Shown one piece after another: positions 1 to 9,346 of a stretch of 64,000 nt of DNA. The stretch spans positions 37,244-101,243 of the forward strand of contig JAIXRO010000103.1 in assembly GCA_027485145.1 (NCBI GenBank). Direction: 5' to 3'. This DNA comes from Hyphomonadaceae bacterium (GTDB taxonomy: Bacteria; Pseudomonadota; Alphaproteobacteria; Caulobacterales; Hyphomonadaceae). The notes beneath the pieces are model-generated. The model did no database searches. It was not told the origin of the DNA and saw nothing but the letters and a program-made list of their open reading frames with translations. A program made the position numbers and the translations under genes. The first letter of the stretch is position 1. Each line of letters starts with the position of its first letter.

Positions 1-258
1 GGCGCCGATGACGCCCATTTGCACGAAGTGGGAATACGTATCAATGAAGCCTGGGACGATAAGGTGGGGACGGTGATCCCTGACCGTCCAATGCCGGTAG
101 GCTTCCGGGAGGTCGTTGAGCGCGCCGCGCCAGACAATCTTTCCGTCACGCAGCGCGGCTGCGCCATTTTCCCAGTAGCCATAACTCGCTGTATCGTCGA
201 TTGCCTCGGGACGCTCGAAAAAAGTGAGCACGCGGCCGCGAAGCACCTGTCCGGTCAT
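1..258 (-). CDS. guaD: Guanine deaminase, 5' portion (runs off the left edge; not in the ORF track)
   Basis: Manual translation from ATG at 258: MTGQVLRGRVLTFFERPEAIDDTASYGYWENGA...RDHRPHLIVPGFIDTYSHFVQMGVIGA. This matches the alphaproteobacterial GuaD N-terminus (LRGR.L.F, DHRPHLI.PGFIDTH.H). Confidence 0.85.
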   Translation of the reverse strand, partial: MTGQVLRGRVLTFFERPEAIDDTASYGYWENGAAALRDGKIVWRGALNDLPEAYRHWTVRDHRPHLIVPGFIDTYSHFVQMGVIGA

Positions 259-579
259 GGGCGCCTCTGCTCCTCAAACCCGCCGCGCCGGATGCCTGCG
301 CGGGACGCGAACGGCAGCGCGCATCGGACCTTCAACGCGAGCGCCTCATTGTGTGTACCGACAGTCTGTCGCCGCGTTCAAGCCCTTAAGCGTTCCGGAA
401 CGCAGAGTGCCGAACAATTGCGCACCTTCGAGGGAGGCGGGCAAATCGCAAGCAGTCAGCGCTGGCCGTGACCCTCGATCGGGCAGGTCGAGCGTTCGCA
501 TTTCAAGATCGCCGCCCGCTCTTGATCGCATGCATGAGGGTGGCCAGACACATGGCAGACAATCGCAGAGGAAACAGGC

Positions 580-1743
580 ATGGCGCAGGCTGAGAAACCT
601 TCCAACCGGCGCAGGCGCTATCTTGAACGCGCCCTGCTCGGCGCCTCGGCGATGACGCTCGCCGCCTGCGCGGCCAACGGTCCTGCGCCCGGACAGCTTG
701 CGACGCCGGAAAAGGCGGCGGTGCACGATTGCCTGCCGGCCGGTCCCTGTTCTGCGCCGCTGCCGGTGAAAGCCGTACTTGTCACGATGTTCGAGATCGG
801 CGCCGACGAAGGCGACGCGCCGGGCGAATTCCAGTTATGGAAAGAGCGCCGCCCATTCGACACGCGATTTGCATTCCCGCATGCCCACCATGACCTCTTT
901 TATGACGAGACCTCCCAGACGCTCGCCGTCGTCACCGGAATCGGCACGGCCAAATCGGCCGCCGCCACGATGGCCTTGGGGCTCGACCAGCGGTTTGACC
1001 TCACCAAGGCTTACTGGTTGGTCGCGGGCATAGCTGGCATCGACCCGGAAGACGCCTCGATCGGTTCGGCGGTCTGGTCGGCTCACCTGGTGGACGGCGA
1101 TCTTGCACACGAAATCGACGCGCGGGAGAAACCCGATGACTGGCCGACTGGCTATTTTGCCCGCCGGACCAAGTTTCCCTATGATCCCGCAAAACCCGCC
1201 TCAACGGGCGAAGCCTTCGTAATCAACGAAGGGCTCGCCGAATGGGCCTTCACGCTGACGAAAGACACGGTGTTGCCCGACCTTCCGGGACTGGCCGAGA
1301 CACGTAATCTGTACACCGATCATGAGATGGCCCGCAGGCCGCCCTTCGTCTTGAAGGGCGGCCACCTTGCCGCCATGACGTTCTGGCACGGCAGCCTGTT
1401 GAACGAATGGGCAAACCGATGGGTCGATTACTGGACGGACGGCGCGGCTGGCTTCGTGACTTCCGCCATGGAAGATACCGGCACCTACCAGTCCATTCTT
1501 TACCTCGATGCCGCGGGCCGCGTGGACAAGGACCGGTTCATGGTCCTGCGCACCGGCAGCAACTACACGGTCCAGCCACCCGGCAAGACCGCAGCAGAGA
1601 ACCTGCTCGGCGAGAATGAAGGCTACGCGGGCATGCAAGCCTCACTGGAGTCGCTCTACCTTGTCGGATCCGTGGTGCTTGATGAGATCACAGGCAACTG
1701 GGATGTCTATGAGACCGAGGTGCCGGGCGCGCCGGCGGAGTGA
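580..1743 (+). CDS. Purine nucleoside permease (NUP family), probably an exported lipoprotein
   Basis: VKAVLVTMFEIG.DEGD.PGEFQ.W.ER, LVAGIAGIDP and TAMED-like motifs; Arg-rich N-terminus with lipobox-like LAAC. Confidence 0.85.
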   Translation: MAQAEKPSNRRRRYLERALLGASAMTLAACAANGPAPGQLATPEKAAVHDCLPAGPCSAPLPVKAVLVTMFEIGADEGDAPGEFQLWKERRPFDTRFAFPHAHHDLFYDETSQTLAVVTGIGTAKSAAATMALGLDQRFDLTKAYWLVAGIAGIDPEDASIGSAVWSAHLVDGDLAHEIDAREKPDDWPTGYFARRTKFPYDPAKPASTGEAFVINEGLAEWAFTLTKDTVLPDLPGLAETRNLYTDHEMARRPPFVLKGGHLAAMTFWHGSLLNEWANRWVDYWTDGAAGFVTSAMEDTGTYQSILYLDAAGRVDKDRFMVLRTGSNYTVQPPGKTAAENLLGENEGYAGMQASLESLYLVGSVVLDEITGNWDVYETEVPGAPAE

Positions 1744-1752
1744 GCCAGTCAG

Positions 1753-3315
1753 CTATCCGGGCGCAAGCCGCCAGTTCCGAATATCGCGCTCGAAGACATC
1801 GAACGCCTGTTCCTGTTTCAGCTGGAGCTGCGCCTTCGGGCTGGCGGCGACGAGCGCCTGGCAGGCGGGCGAAGCAAGCTTGCGGCAGGCCTTCTGGCGC
1901 TCGCCGACCTTCGCGTCCTGCCACAGGCTGGCGCCCGGGAGGAAGGCAAAATGCAGGCTGTTGCGGGCGGCCTCCTTCAAATCCAGGTAGCGCAGGCCAT
2001 GTTCATCGGCCGCGCGGACAAACTGTTCTGTCATGTCCGTCCGGAGCACGCCCTCGTCATCCGTAGACAGAACAAATGGCACACCCGATCGGCGGTAAAG
2101 GTTCAGCGGATGAAACCGGCCCTTTACGCCAAGGATTACGTCATTGCTGGAAAGGTTGATCTCGACGGCAATTTGCTCGCGCGCCATTCGCGCCAGCGTC
2201 TCGCGGCTGCCAAGCTCGAACGCTATGTCGACGCCGTGACCGATCCGCTGCGAGCCGGCGATGTCGATCGCATCTGCAATATGCCGGCGCATCGCATCGG
2301 CCGGCGCCAGACCGAGCGTCAGCTCCCCCGCGTGCAGGGAGATCCTCGCCGCCGGGTACTTGTCCGACAGGAATGCGATCATCCGCATATGGAGCGTGTA
2401 GTCAGCGATCGCTACCGGATCGTCTTCCGGCTGGACCAGCGATATGCCGACAAAACGGGGATCGGCCTCGATGAGCGCAAAGCTGAGCGCAAGTTGGCGG
2501 AAGAGTTGGTCGGTGGGGATGAGACGCAGGCCAAAGCCGTTATAGTAGACAACCACATCACAGCCCGGATCCGGCGCATCGGTATCGCATGCCAGCAGCC
2601 GGCGCGCTTCGGCTTCGGTCTCGTCGGTCTCCGCGATCGCTGCGGCGACAACCGCGCTGATCTCGGGCTGCAAGCGCGCGAAGGCGGCTTCGAAATCACC
2701 ATTCCAGGCCGGGTCGCGCGATGTCAGCGCCGAGATGTTGATCACACCCGGATTGTCCATGAGTTCCAGATACGACACCGCATCGCGCGCCGCCGCGCGC
2801 CTCGCAGACGCCTGAACACGCGCAGGCTCGTGTGCGGCGATGGCGCCGAACTTTTCGAACGACCGGAAAAACTGGTCATGCCCCGAAATACCCGTATCGA
2901 CCCCCGCGAGATGCTCGCGAACCGACATCGCATTGACGACACGTGCAAACAGACCGGGATCGGAACGCGCCAACCCCTGCGCCGGTAGTGTCTCAGGCGC
3001 CCGGCAAGGCGGCGCCACGACCGCGACGACGGCAACATCGATGCAGAACGCCGCTTCACTTGCCCATTCAAGGAAGGATTCCGCATAAGGTGTGCCTGCC
3101 GAATGGATGTGCAGGTCGCCCCCCTTGGGCATATCACGCAGGAACACCCTCAAGAGAACAGGATCGGCGGCGATCTCGTCAAACACCCTTGCCGCGTCGG
3201 CTTCGGGACTTGCCGACGCCGCAGGCGCGCCCATCCCGGCCAGAAGGAATAAGCTGAGGCCGGCAAGACTGCGTGGTATCAGTCGCTTGCCTTTGAACCG
3301 ACGGATCGCGATCAT
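1753..3315 (-). CDS. Adenosine deaminase family protein with signal peptide (start uncertain, 3315 or 3234)
   Basis: MPKGGDLHIH, LHAGE, RIGHG, VEINLSSN and LSTDD motifs. The track ORF's extension to 3888 overlaps the next gene and is not credible. Confidence 0.9.
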   Translation of the reverse strand: MIAIRRFKGKRLIPRSLAGLSLFLLAGMGAPAASASPEADAARVFDEIAADPVLLRVFLRDMPKGGDLHIHSAGTPYAESFLEWASEAAFCIDVAVVAVVAPPCRAPETLPAQGLARSDPGLFARVVNAMSVREHLAGVDTGISGHDQFFRSFEKFGAIAAHEPARVQASARRAAARDAVSYLELMDNPGVINISALTSRDPAWNGDFEAAFARLQPEISAVVAAAIAETDETEAEARRLLACDTDAPDPGCDVVVYYNGFGLRLIPTDQLFRQLALSFALIEADPRFVGISLVQPEDDPVAIADYTLHMRMIAFLSDKYPAARISLHAGELTLGLAPADAMRRHIADAIDIAGSQRIGHGVDIAFELGSRETLARMAREQIAVEINLSSNDVILGVKGRFHPLNLYRRSGVPFVLSTDDEGVLRTDMTEQFVRAADEHGLRYLDLKEAARNSLHFAFLPGASLWQDAKVGERQKACRKLASPACQALVAASPKAQLQLKQEQAFDVFERDIRNWRLAPG

Positions 3316-3364
3316 TTTGAGCCCCGGAGAGTATGCCTGCTTGCGGGCGCGACGCGCGCAAGGA

Positions 3365-4231
3365 TCAGCGGGCAGCGTTCTTGATGAAATCTTCGAGGTA
3401 GTCGCCCTCTTCGGGGTCCGGCGCGCCGGAATACCAGCCGCCCCGGATATGACGCCGGACGGACCGGTCTGCAGTGCCGGCCGCCGCCGAATGCCAGAGA
3501 TAGGCATCGTGGAACAGGACATCGCCGGCCTCGCAATAGACCGCGATCTCACCGGGCGCCTTCTCGAAGGCGAGCGGCATGTCATAGGGCGGAGGCTCGT
3601 CCGTATGGCCGCCCGCAGGGCGGGCATGCGCGGGAACCGGGACATTGTTTGCATTCTTCCACGGCGCCGGGGTCGCCCACTTGTGCGATCCCGGAACGAC
3701 ACGGAGAAACCCGTTCGCGGGGCTCGTGGCATCGATGTGGATCGTGAAGGCGACGGACGGCCAGACATCGCGGTGAGGACCGCTCTGCCAATCCGAATGC
3801 CAGCCGATGCGGCGGTACCCCGAGTTTTTGCCGCCGCGAGCATCCTGGTAGACGACCCCGAAGCGCGAACGCTCCAGCAAATATCCACCCGGCACCCATT
3901 TTTCCATCAGGCCGGAAATCGCCGGATGCAGGATGGCCTCGCGGGTGCGCGGCGAGATCTGGGTGATGTACTGGACATAGTTGGTGAACCGCTTTTCCTT
4001 GTCGACCTCATCATCGAGAAGAACGCTATTGCCGAACTTACTATCGAGTGTCCCGGCAATGACACCTTTCTGAGCGGCCACACATTGCGCCGTCATCGCA
4101 TCAAGCTCGGCGGGGGCATAAAGCCCCCGCAGGATGGCAAAGCCCCTTGCGCGGAAGAATTCCGACAGTCCTTCCAGCTGGTCCTGGCGGAAAACGCCGG
4201 CGTCCGGGTTGAGGCCGAGGCTTACACTCAT
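3365..4231 (-). CDS. Phytanoyl-CoA dioxygenase (PhyH)-family 2OG-Fe(II) oxygenase
   Basis: GFAILRGL, WHSD (HxD), IHIDAT...NGFLRVVPGSH, GDVLFH...WHS, distal R. Start taken at MSVSLG (4231). Confidence 0.85.
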   Translation of the reverse strand: MSVSLGLNPDAGVFRQDQLEGLSEFFRARGFAILRGLYAPAELDAMTAQCVAAQKGVIAGTLDSKFGNSVLLDDEVDKEKRFTNYVQYITQISPRTREAILHPAISGLMEKWVPGGYLLERSRFGVVYQDARGGKNSGYRRIGWHSDWQSGPHRDVWPSVAFTIHIDATSPANGFLRVVPGSHKWATPAPWKNANNVPVPAHARPAGGHTDEPPPYDMPLAFEKAPGEIAVYCEAGDVLFHDAYLWHSAAAGTADRSVRRHIRGGWYSGAPDPEEGDYLEDFIKNAAR

Positions 4232-4486
4232 TCGGATCGTCCTGCGCGAATGCTCTAATTTTGAGAGTGTTTGCTGTTCCCTATAGGGATGCGTCAACAC
4301 GGCCGGGACGACGGAGCGCTTGAATTGCGGAAGGTGCCAGCCGCTCTGGCGACACTGCATTGCACCGCCTAGAAACCGGGCAACAGGCGTTGGGCGAATG
4401 GACGATTGCGACAGGGCCCTTGAAGGCATCTGCGCCATGGGCGCAACCCAGACAGGTGCCCTAATTTTTCGAGTAGTCCGTCGCCG

Positions 4487-5776
4487 ATGATGCCCACAAC
4501 TGACAATTTCAGGAGCCTTTTCGGCGTCTTGCTCCTCCTTGGCCTTGCATGGCTTGCTTCGTCAGCGCGCTCCAAAGTGCCGGTGAGGACAGTCATCTCC
4601 GCGCTTGCCCTGCAAATTGCGGTCGCGGCGGTCATATTTGCGATCCCGCCGGTCCGCAACGCCATGTCAGGTATCTCGGAAGGGCTCAAGGCGCTGCAGG
4701 CGGCAACCGCCAAGGGCACCCAGTTTGTATTCGGTTACCTAGGCGGTGGCGGCACGCCCTTCGAAGTGGTGATGCCCGAAAACAACTTCATCCTGGCCTT
4801 CCAGATCCTGCCGCTGATGATTGTCATTTCTGCGCTGGCCGCCATGTTCTGGCATTGGGGCATCCTCGAGAAAATCTGCGAAGGTCTCGGATTCGTGATG
4901 CGCAAGACGCTGGGCCTCAGCGGGCCCGCGAGCCTCGGCGCGGCAGCCAGCGTCTTCCTTGGCATGGTCGAGGCACCCATGGTGGTACGTCCTTACCTCG
5001 AGCGGATGTCGCGCGCCGACATCTTCCTTCTGATGACTGCCGCCATGTCGACCGTCGCGGGCACGGTGATGGCGATCTACATCGCGCTCATGCAGCGCAC
5101 CGTGCCGGACGCGGCGGCGCATGTAATCGTTGCATCGTTCATGGCGGCGCCCGGAGCCGTCGCCATCGCTCGGATCATGCAGCCGCCGGAACCTGGAGAC
5201 ACGATCGAGACCGACAAGCCGCCGCCAAAATTCTACCAATCCACCATGGACGCGTTCACGCGCGGTGTTCAGGAAGGCGTGAATATCTTCATTTCAGTGC
5301 TGGCGACGGCGGTCGTGGCTGTCGCCTTCATTGCGATCCTCGACATGAGCCTCGACGCATTTGCACCGAATGTCGGCGGCGCGCCGATAACCATGAGCCG
5401 CATCTTCGGCTGGGTTCTGTCACCCCTGATGTACATGCTGGGCATTCCCTGGAAGGACGCTGCGCCGGCCGGAATGCTCCTTGGCACAAAGACGACACTG
5501 AACGAACTGATTGCCTTCATCTCCCTGTCCGAACTTCCCGCCGGCACCCTGGAGCCAAGAAGCCGCATGATGATGATCTACGTGCTCTGTGGGTTTGCGA
5601 ACTTTGGCGCAGTGGCGATCATGGTCAGCGGGCTTTCCGCCATGTGCCCGAGCCGCAGACCAGATTTCCTTGACCTCGGTCTAAAGAGCCTTGGGTCAGG
5701 CACCTTGACGAACTTGCTCAGCGCGACTTTGCTCGGTTGCGTGCCCTTTGCGCTGATCAGCAGCGCGGCCCCATGA
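4487..5776 (+). CDS. nupC: Concentrative nucleoside transporter (CNT/NupC family)
   Basis: FVFG, LAFQILPLMI, FLGMVEAP, MSTVAG, KTTLNEL and LCGFANFG motifs; multiple TM segments. Confidence 0.92.
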   Translation: MMPTTDNFRSLFGVLLLLGLAWLASSARSKVPVRTVISALALQIAVAAVIFAIPPVRNAMSGISEGLKALQAATAKGTQFVFGYLGGGGTPFEVVMPENNFILAFQILPLMIVISALAAMFWHWGILEKICEGLGFVMRKTLGLSGPASLGAAASVFLGMVEAPMVVRPYLERMSRADIFLLMTAAMSTVAGTVMAIYIALMQRTVPDAAAHVIVASFMAAPGAVAIARIMQPPEPGDTIETDKPPPKFYQSTMDAFTRGVQEGVNIFISVLATAVVAVAFIAILDMSLDAFAPNVGGAPITMSRIFGWVLSPLMYMLGIPWKDAAPAGMLLGTKTTLNELIAFISLSELPAGTLEPRSRMMMIYVLCGFANFGAVAIMVSGLSAMCPSRRPDFLDLGLKSLGSGTLTNLLSATLLGCVPFALISSAAP

Positions 5777-7422
5777 CGGAGATGGCAAAAGTGGAACGCC
5801 GCGGCATATTCCGTCTACTGACTACAATCACGCTACTGTCACTTGTCCTTTCGGCCTGCGCGGGAGTGGCGCCAAGTGTCCCCTCGCAAGAGCCGCGACC
5901 ACTGGCTGTCACCGCATATGGCGCGGTGCGCGGCAGGATGGACGACGGCGTCTCGGTCTTCCTCGGCATACCTTACGGCGCTGACACTGCCGCCCGGCGC
6001 TTCCAGCGGGCGGTCCCGCCGGAAGCCTGGGACGGTATCCGCGAAGCGATCACCTATCCCGATACCAGTCCTCAACTTGAGTTGTCGGGCGCCCTCTTTG
6101 AATCATGGGATCCGGACCCGCGTCCACCCCAGGGCGAGAACATGCTGGGTTTGAATGTCTGGACCCCGGCACTCGACGACGCGCGGCGTCCGGTCATGGT
6201 CTGGCTCCACGGCGGCGGATATACCGCCGGCTATGGATCAAGCCGGGTGTTCGAAGGCACACGGCTGGCTCAAAAAGGCGATGTGGTCGTGGTGACGGTC
6301 AACCACCGTCTGAACCTTCTGGGCTATCTCTATCTGGCAGGTCTTCCCGGCGGAGAGGCCTATCCAGACAGTGGCAATGTCGGGATGCTGGATCTCATTC
6401 TGGCCCTTGAATGGGTGCGCGACAACATTGCCGCATTTGGCGGAGATCCGGACAATGTCACCATATTCGGGGAATCCGGGGGTGGCTGGAAAGTCAGCAC
6501 CCTGCTCGCCATGCCCGAAGCTGAAGGCCTTATCGACCGCGCCATAGTGCAGAGCGGATCGGCGCGTTATGCGCGCACGCCAGAACAAGCGACGGCAGAT
6601 GCCCGCATGGCGCTGGACGCGCTTGGCGTCGCGCCAGAAAATCTGGATGCGCTTCGCACCCTCCCGGCCCAGAGTTTCACAGACGCAATGACGGCGCTGG
6701 AGACCAATCCCCGGCTCGCGCCCAACTTTTTCTCGCCGGTGGCCGACGGCCGCGCGCTTCCTTCGCACCCGTTCGGAGACGCTGCGCCGGCAACAGCGCG
6801 GGACGTCCCCATGCTCATCGGAAGCACAGCCGATGAATACAGCCTGTTCTTGCTGGGCATTCCGGATCCAGCGGCAATCACGTTCGAAGCCCTGCACGAC
6901 ATGCTCGCCTTTGCGGTTCCGGAACCCGACATCCCGGCCGTTGTGGCGGGCTACCGCGCCCTGCAACCCGATGCGAGCCCCTACGAGATTCTGGTGGCCA
7001 TTGCGTCCGACCGTGCCTTTACGGCCGACGCCGTTGCCCAGGCAGAACTGAAAGCTGAACAGGGCGGTGCGCCGGTATGGCTCTATCAGTTTGACTGGGA
7101 AACCCCGCTGATGGGCGGTCGCCTTGGCGCGATGCACGCGCTTGAGACTGGATTCGTGTTCGACAATCTCCAGAAGTCAGAATCGATGATCGGCGATATC
7201 GCGACCGCGCAGCCCCTCGCCGACAAGATGAGCGATGCCTGGCTCGCGTTTGCCCGGACGGGCAATCCCAACGTATCCGGACTTCCGCCTTGGCCCGCCC
7301 TGACCCCCGGCAGCGTCAGCGCCATGCGCTTCAGCGAGGTCTCCAGGGTGGAAGCGGACTACTTTGCAGCGGAAGGCGAAATCCTGAACGCGCTACCGAA
7401 CATGTGGCAACTGGGGCGTTAA
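5773..7422 (+). CDS. Type-B carboxylesterase, lipoprotein-like N-terminus
   Basis: FLGIPYG, LNVWTP, VMVWLHGGG, NVTIFGESGG (nucleophile Ser) and GAMHALE motifs; ATGA coupling with the nupC stop; LSAC lipobox-like motif. Confidence 0.92.
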   Translation: MTEMAKVERRGIFRLLTTITLLSLVLSACAGVAPSVPSQEPRPLAVTAYGAVRGRMDDGVSVFLGIPYGADTAARRFQRAVPPEAWDGIREAITYPDTSPQLELSGALFESWDPDPRPPQGENMLGLNVWTPALDDARRPVMVWLHGGGYTAGYGSSRVFEGTRLAQKGDVVVVTVNHRLNLLGYLYLAGLPGGEAYPDSGNVGMLDLILALEWVRDNIAAFGGDPDNVTIFGESGGGWKVSTLLAMPEAEGLIDRAIVQSGSARYARTPEQATADARMALDALGVAPENLDALRTLPAQSFTDAMTALETNPRLAPNFFSPVADGRALPSHPFGDAAPATARDVPMLIGSTADEYSLFLLGIPDPAAITFEALHDMLAFAVPEPDIPAVVAGYRALQPDASPYEILVAIASDRAFTADAVAQAELKAEQGGAPVWLYQFDWETPLMGGRLGAMHALETGFVFDNLQKSESMIGDIATAQPLADKMSDAWLAFARTGNPNVSGLPPWPALTPGSVSAMRFSEVSRVEADYFAAEGEILNALPNMWQLGR

Positions 7423-7489
7423 GGCGGACGGTGTGAGGGATGCGAAAGAGGTGATATGAAGATATCTGGAACAGCAGAGCAAAGGTGGA

Positions 7490-7690
7490 ATAGCTGACGG
7501 CTTTACCCCCAAGCAGAAAGCGCCGCTGATCGACACGTTCGGCCGGCAAGTCACCTACTTGCGCCTGTCAGTCACGGACCGCTGCGATCTGCGGTGCAGT
7601 TGCTGCAAGTCAGAGCCCATGGAATTCCAGCCTGAGCAGGACCTCCTCACACTTGAGGAACTGGACATGGTCGCCGCCGCTTTGATCCGG
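7490..7690 (+). pseudogene. moaA: N-terminal fragment of GTP 3',8-cyclase MoaA
   Basis: [27 protein letters not shown]...LLTLEELD with radical-SAM CxxxCxxC. No in-frame start, and homology ends after about 65 codons. Confidence 0.85.
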
Positions 7691-7701
7691 CATTGCTTGC
7701 C

Positions 7702-7930
7702 GGATTCGAGGCTGCAGCGCCTTTTTCCGGAGCCGTTGTAAGCTTCTGCGGCAAGGTGCGCCCAGATGACGCTGGCAACAAGGTTCAGCGGCTACACCTT
7801 CAGGCCTGCGGTCCGACGACGGAGCAAGGCATTGCGCAGACGGTCGCACGAGCCCGGGATAGATGGCCGCTTCAAGCCGCGACCGTCGTGCATAGGATCG
7901 GGGATATACAGCCTTCGGAAACCATCGGGT
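7702..7930 (+). pseudogene. moaE: Internal fragment of molybdopterin synthase large subunit MoaE
   Basis: [11 protein letters not shown]...LHLQ...ARDRWPLQAATVVHRIGDIQPSETI matches the MoaE core; N- and C-termini are missing. Confidence 0.8.
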
Positions 7931-7948
7931 TCCGGCCGTGGATACCAA

Positions 7949-8902
7949 TCACCGGCCAGACATAGGCGACGTATAGTTGGGATCGTGCGCGATTGGCGGC
8001 GCACCTCCAGACCGCAGCGCGTCCAGCACGTCTTCAAATCGGGTCTGGTAGACGAAGCCGAGCTCTCGCTCAATCAACGAGCCATCATACACCCGGCCGA
8101 TGGAAGCCGGGAGTTTCCATCCCTTGTCCGCATACAGACCATCGGCATCAGGGAAACGATCCAGGATCACTGACCTTGCATCGGACTTCAAACTTCTGAC
8201 GTCGTCACGCGTGAACGGCGTCGGCGCGGAGACAAGGTAGAGTCCAAAGCCAATACGGGGCGCCGCTTCGATTGCAGCGATGTGCGCTCTTGCCATGTCC
8301 TCTACCGTTGCCCGGCGGTGCAGCAGTTCGTTCGCCTTCATGTTTGGCCCTGTGAGGTCAGCGTGCGTGTCATCCTCCTCGGGAAAGAAACGCGACGTCC
8401 GGAGCAGAACGACAGGTATGCCGCTTTCCAGATGACTTTGACGACAAAGACCCTCCGCGGCGAGTTTCGTGACACCGTAGATGTTCCGCGGCTCCAAAGG
8501 CCCGGCGGCTTCATCGAGCCAGGCCGCCTCACTCGACCGCTCGTTCCTGATCGCCTCGCTGATCATCAGCGATGTCGTTGACGTGAAGACGAACGGCGTG
8601 CCCGGCCTGGCCGAAGCGGCTTCGAGCAAGTTCAGCGTACCTGTGACATTGACGTCCACAAATGATTGTTTCGGGAAGCGCGCAATGTCCGGCTTGTGAA
8701 GAGCGCCGGCATGGACGACCGCATCGAACGCATTGTCGGAGAACAACGTGTCAATCGCTTTGCGATCAGCCACATTGCAGACCGCGTCGGTCCACACGCT
8801 TGGCACGACGTCCAGCCCGAAAGGGTGATAGCCCCGTTCCCTCAGCATAGGAACAAGGTGCCGCCCAAGCCAGCCCGAAGAGCCCGTGACCAGAATCCGC
8901 AT
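7949..8902 (-). CDS. NAD-dependent epimerase/dehydratase (extended SDR)
   Basis: MRILVTGSSGWLG, VVHAGALHKP, VNVTGTLNLL and YGVTK motifs. Confidence 0.9.
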   Translation of the reverse strand: MRILVTGSSGWLGRHLVPMLRERGYHPFGLDVVPSVWTDAVCNVADRKAIDTLFSDNAFDAVVHAGALHKPDIARFPKQSFVDVNVTGTLNLLEAASARPGTPFVFTSTTSLMISEAIRNERSSEAAWLDEAAGPLEPRNIYGVTKLAAEGLCRQSHLESGIPVVLLRTSRFFPEEDDTHADLTGPNMKANELLHRRATVEDMARAHIAAIEAAPRIGFGLYLVSAPTPFTRDDVRSLKSDARSVILDRFPDADGLYADKGWKLPASIGRVYDGSLIERELGFVYQTRFEDVLDALRSGGAPPIAHDPNYTSPMSGR

Positions 8903-9159
8903 CATCCGCACAATTCATTCTCATCTTCACACGAGCGCGTGTTAGCAGACCCTTCGCGCGAGAGACAAGAAACAGGGAGCGGCACGAATCGGCGACGTGA
9001 GAGCGGCACTCGCCGACCTTTGCGTGGGAAGTGGAGCCTCTCGACCAGATCCGACCTGGCGCGACGATCAAAGATCGTTCCGGAGCCCCAACCGGCGCCA
9101 CCCGTGACGCAAGGGCTCTATTGTGTGTTTCTGCGAAGGCCCTGGCGCCTTGTATTGAA

Positions 9160-9204
9160 TGGTGCACCCGAAGAGATTCGAACTCCTGACCCCCAGATTC
9201 GTAG
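9160..9204 (-). mobile_element. att site: duplicated 3' half of tRNA-Arg(ACG), island boundary
   Basis: Minus strand reads CTACGAATCTGGGGGTCAGGAGTTCGAATCTCTTCGGGTGCACCA: anticodon loop ACG, T-arm GTTCGAAT, CCA end. The 5' half is absent and an integrase lies about 220 bp away. Confidence 0.88.
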
Positions 9205-9346
9205 ACATTCCCACGGAATCTGGCGAGGTCGGTTATGGTCGGCCTAAGTCGTGTTTTATTGTTTATTTTCATGGACTTAAAGGCACCTTTCAAACATTAC
9301 AAAACAGACATAAACAGACCAAAACCGACCATTTCCGGTGCTCAAC

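Noticed and set aside
259-579. Purine riboswitch between guaD and the NUP gene
   Set aside because: I could not find the conserved purine-riboswitch core or a convincing fold; an Rfam scan would settle it.
3092-4258. 388-aa plus-strand ORF, and the 3316-3888 extension of the deaminase ORF
   Set aside because: They overlap the well-supported PhyH and deaminase genes and give low-complexity Arg/Pro/Ala-rich translations.
4232-4486. Sigma-54 promoter in the phyH/nupC gap
   Set aside because: TGGCAC and TTGC elements are present but not at the required -24/-12 spacing.
4549-5673. 374-aa alternative-frame ORF inside nupC
   Set aside because: Out-of-frame shadow with no motifs; nupC accounts for the region.
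9160-9240. Intact tRNA-Arg gene
   Set aside because: Similarity stops at the anticodon loop (9204); there is no D-arm or 5' acceptor strand, so it is treated as an att site.
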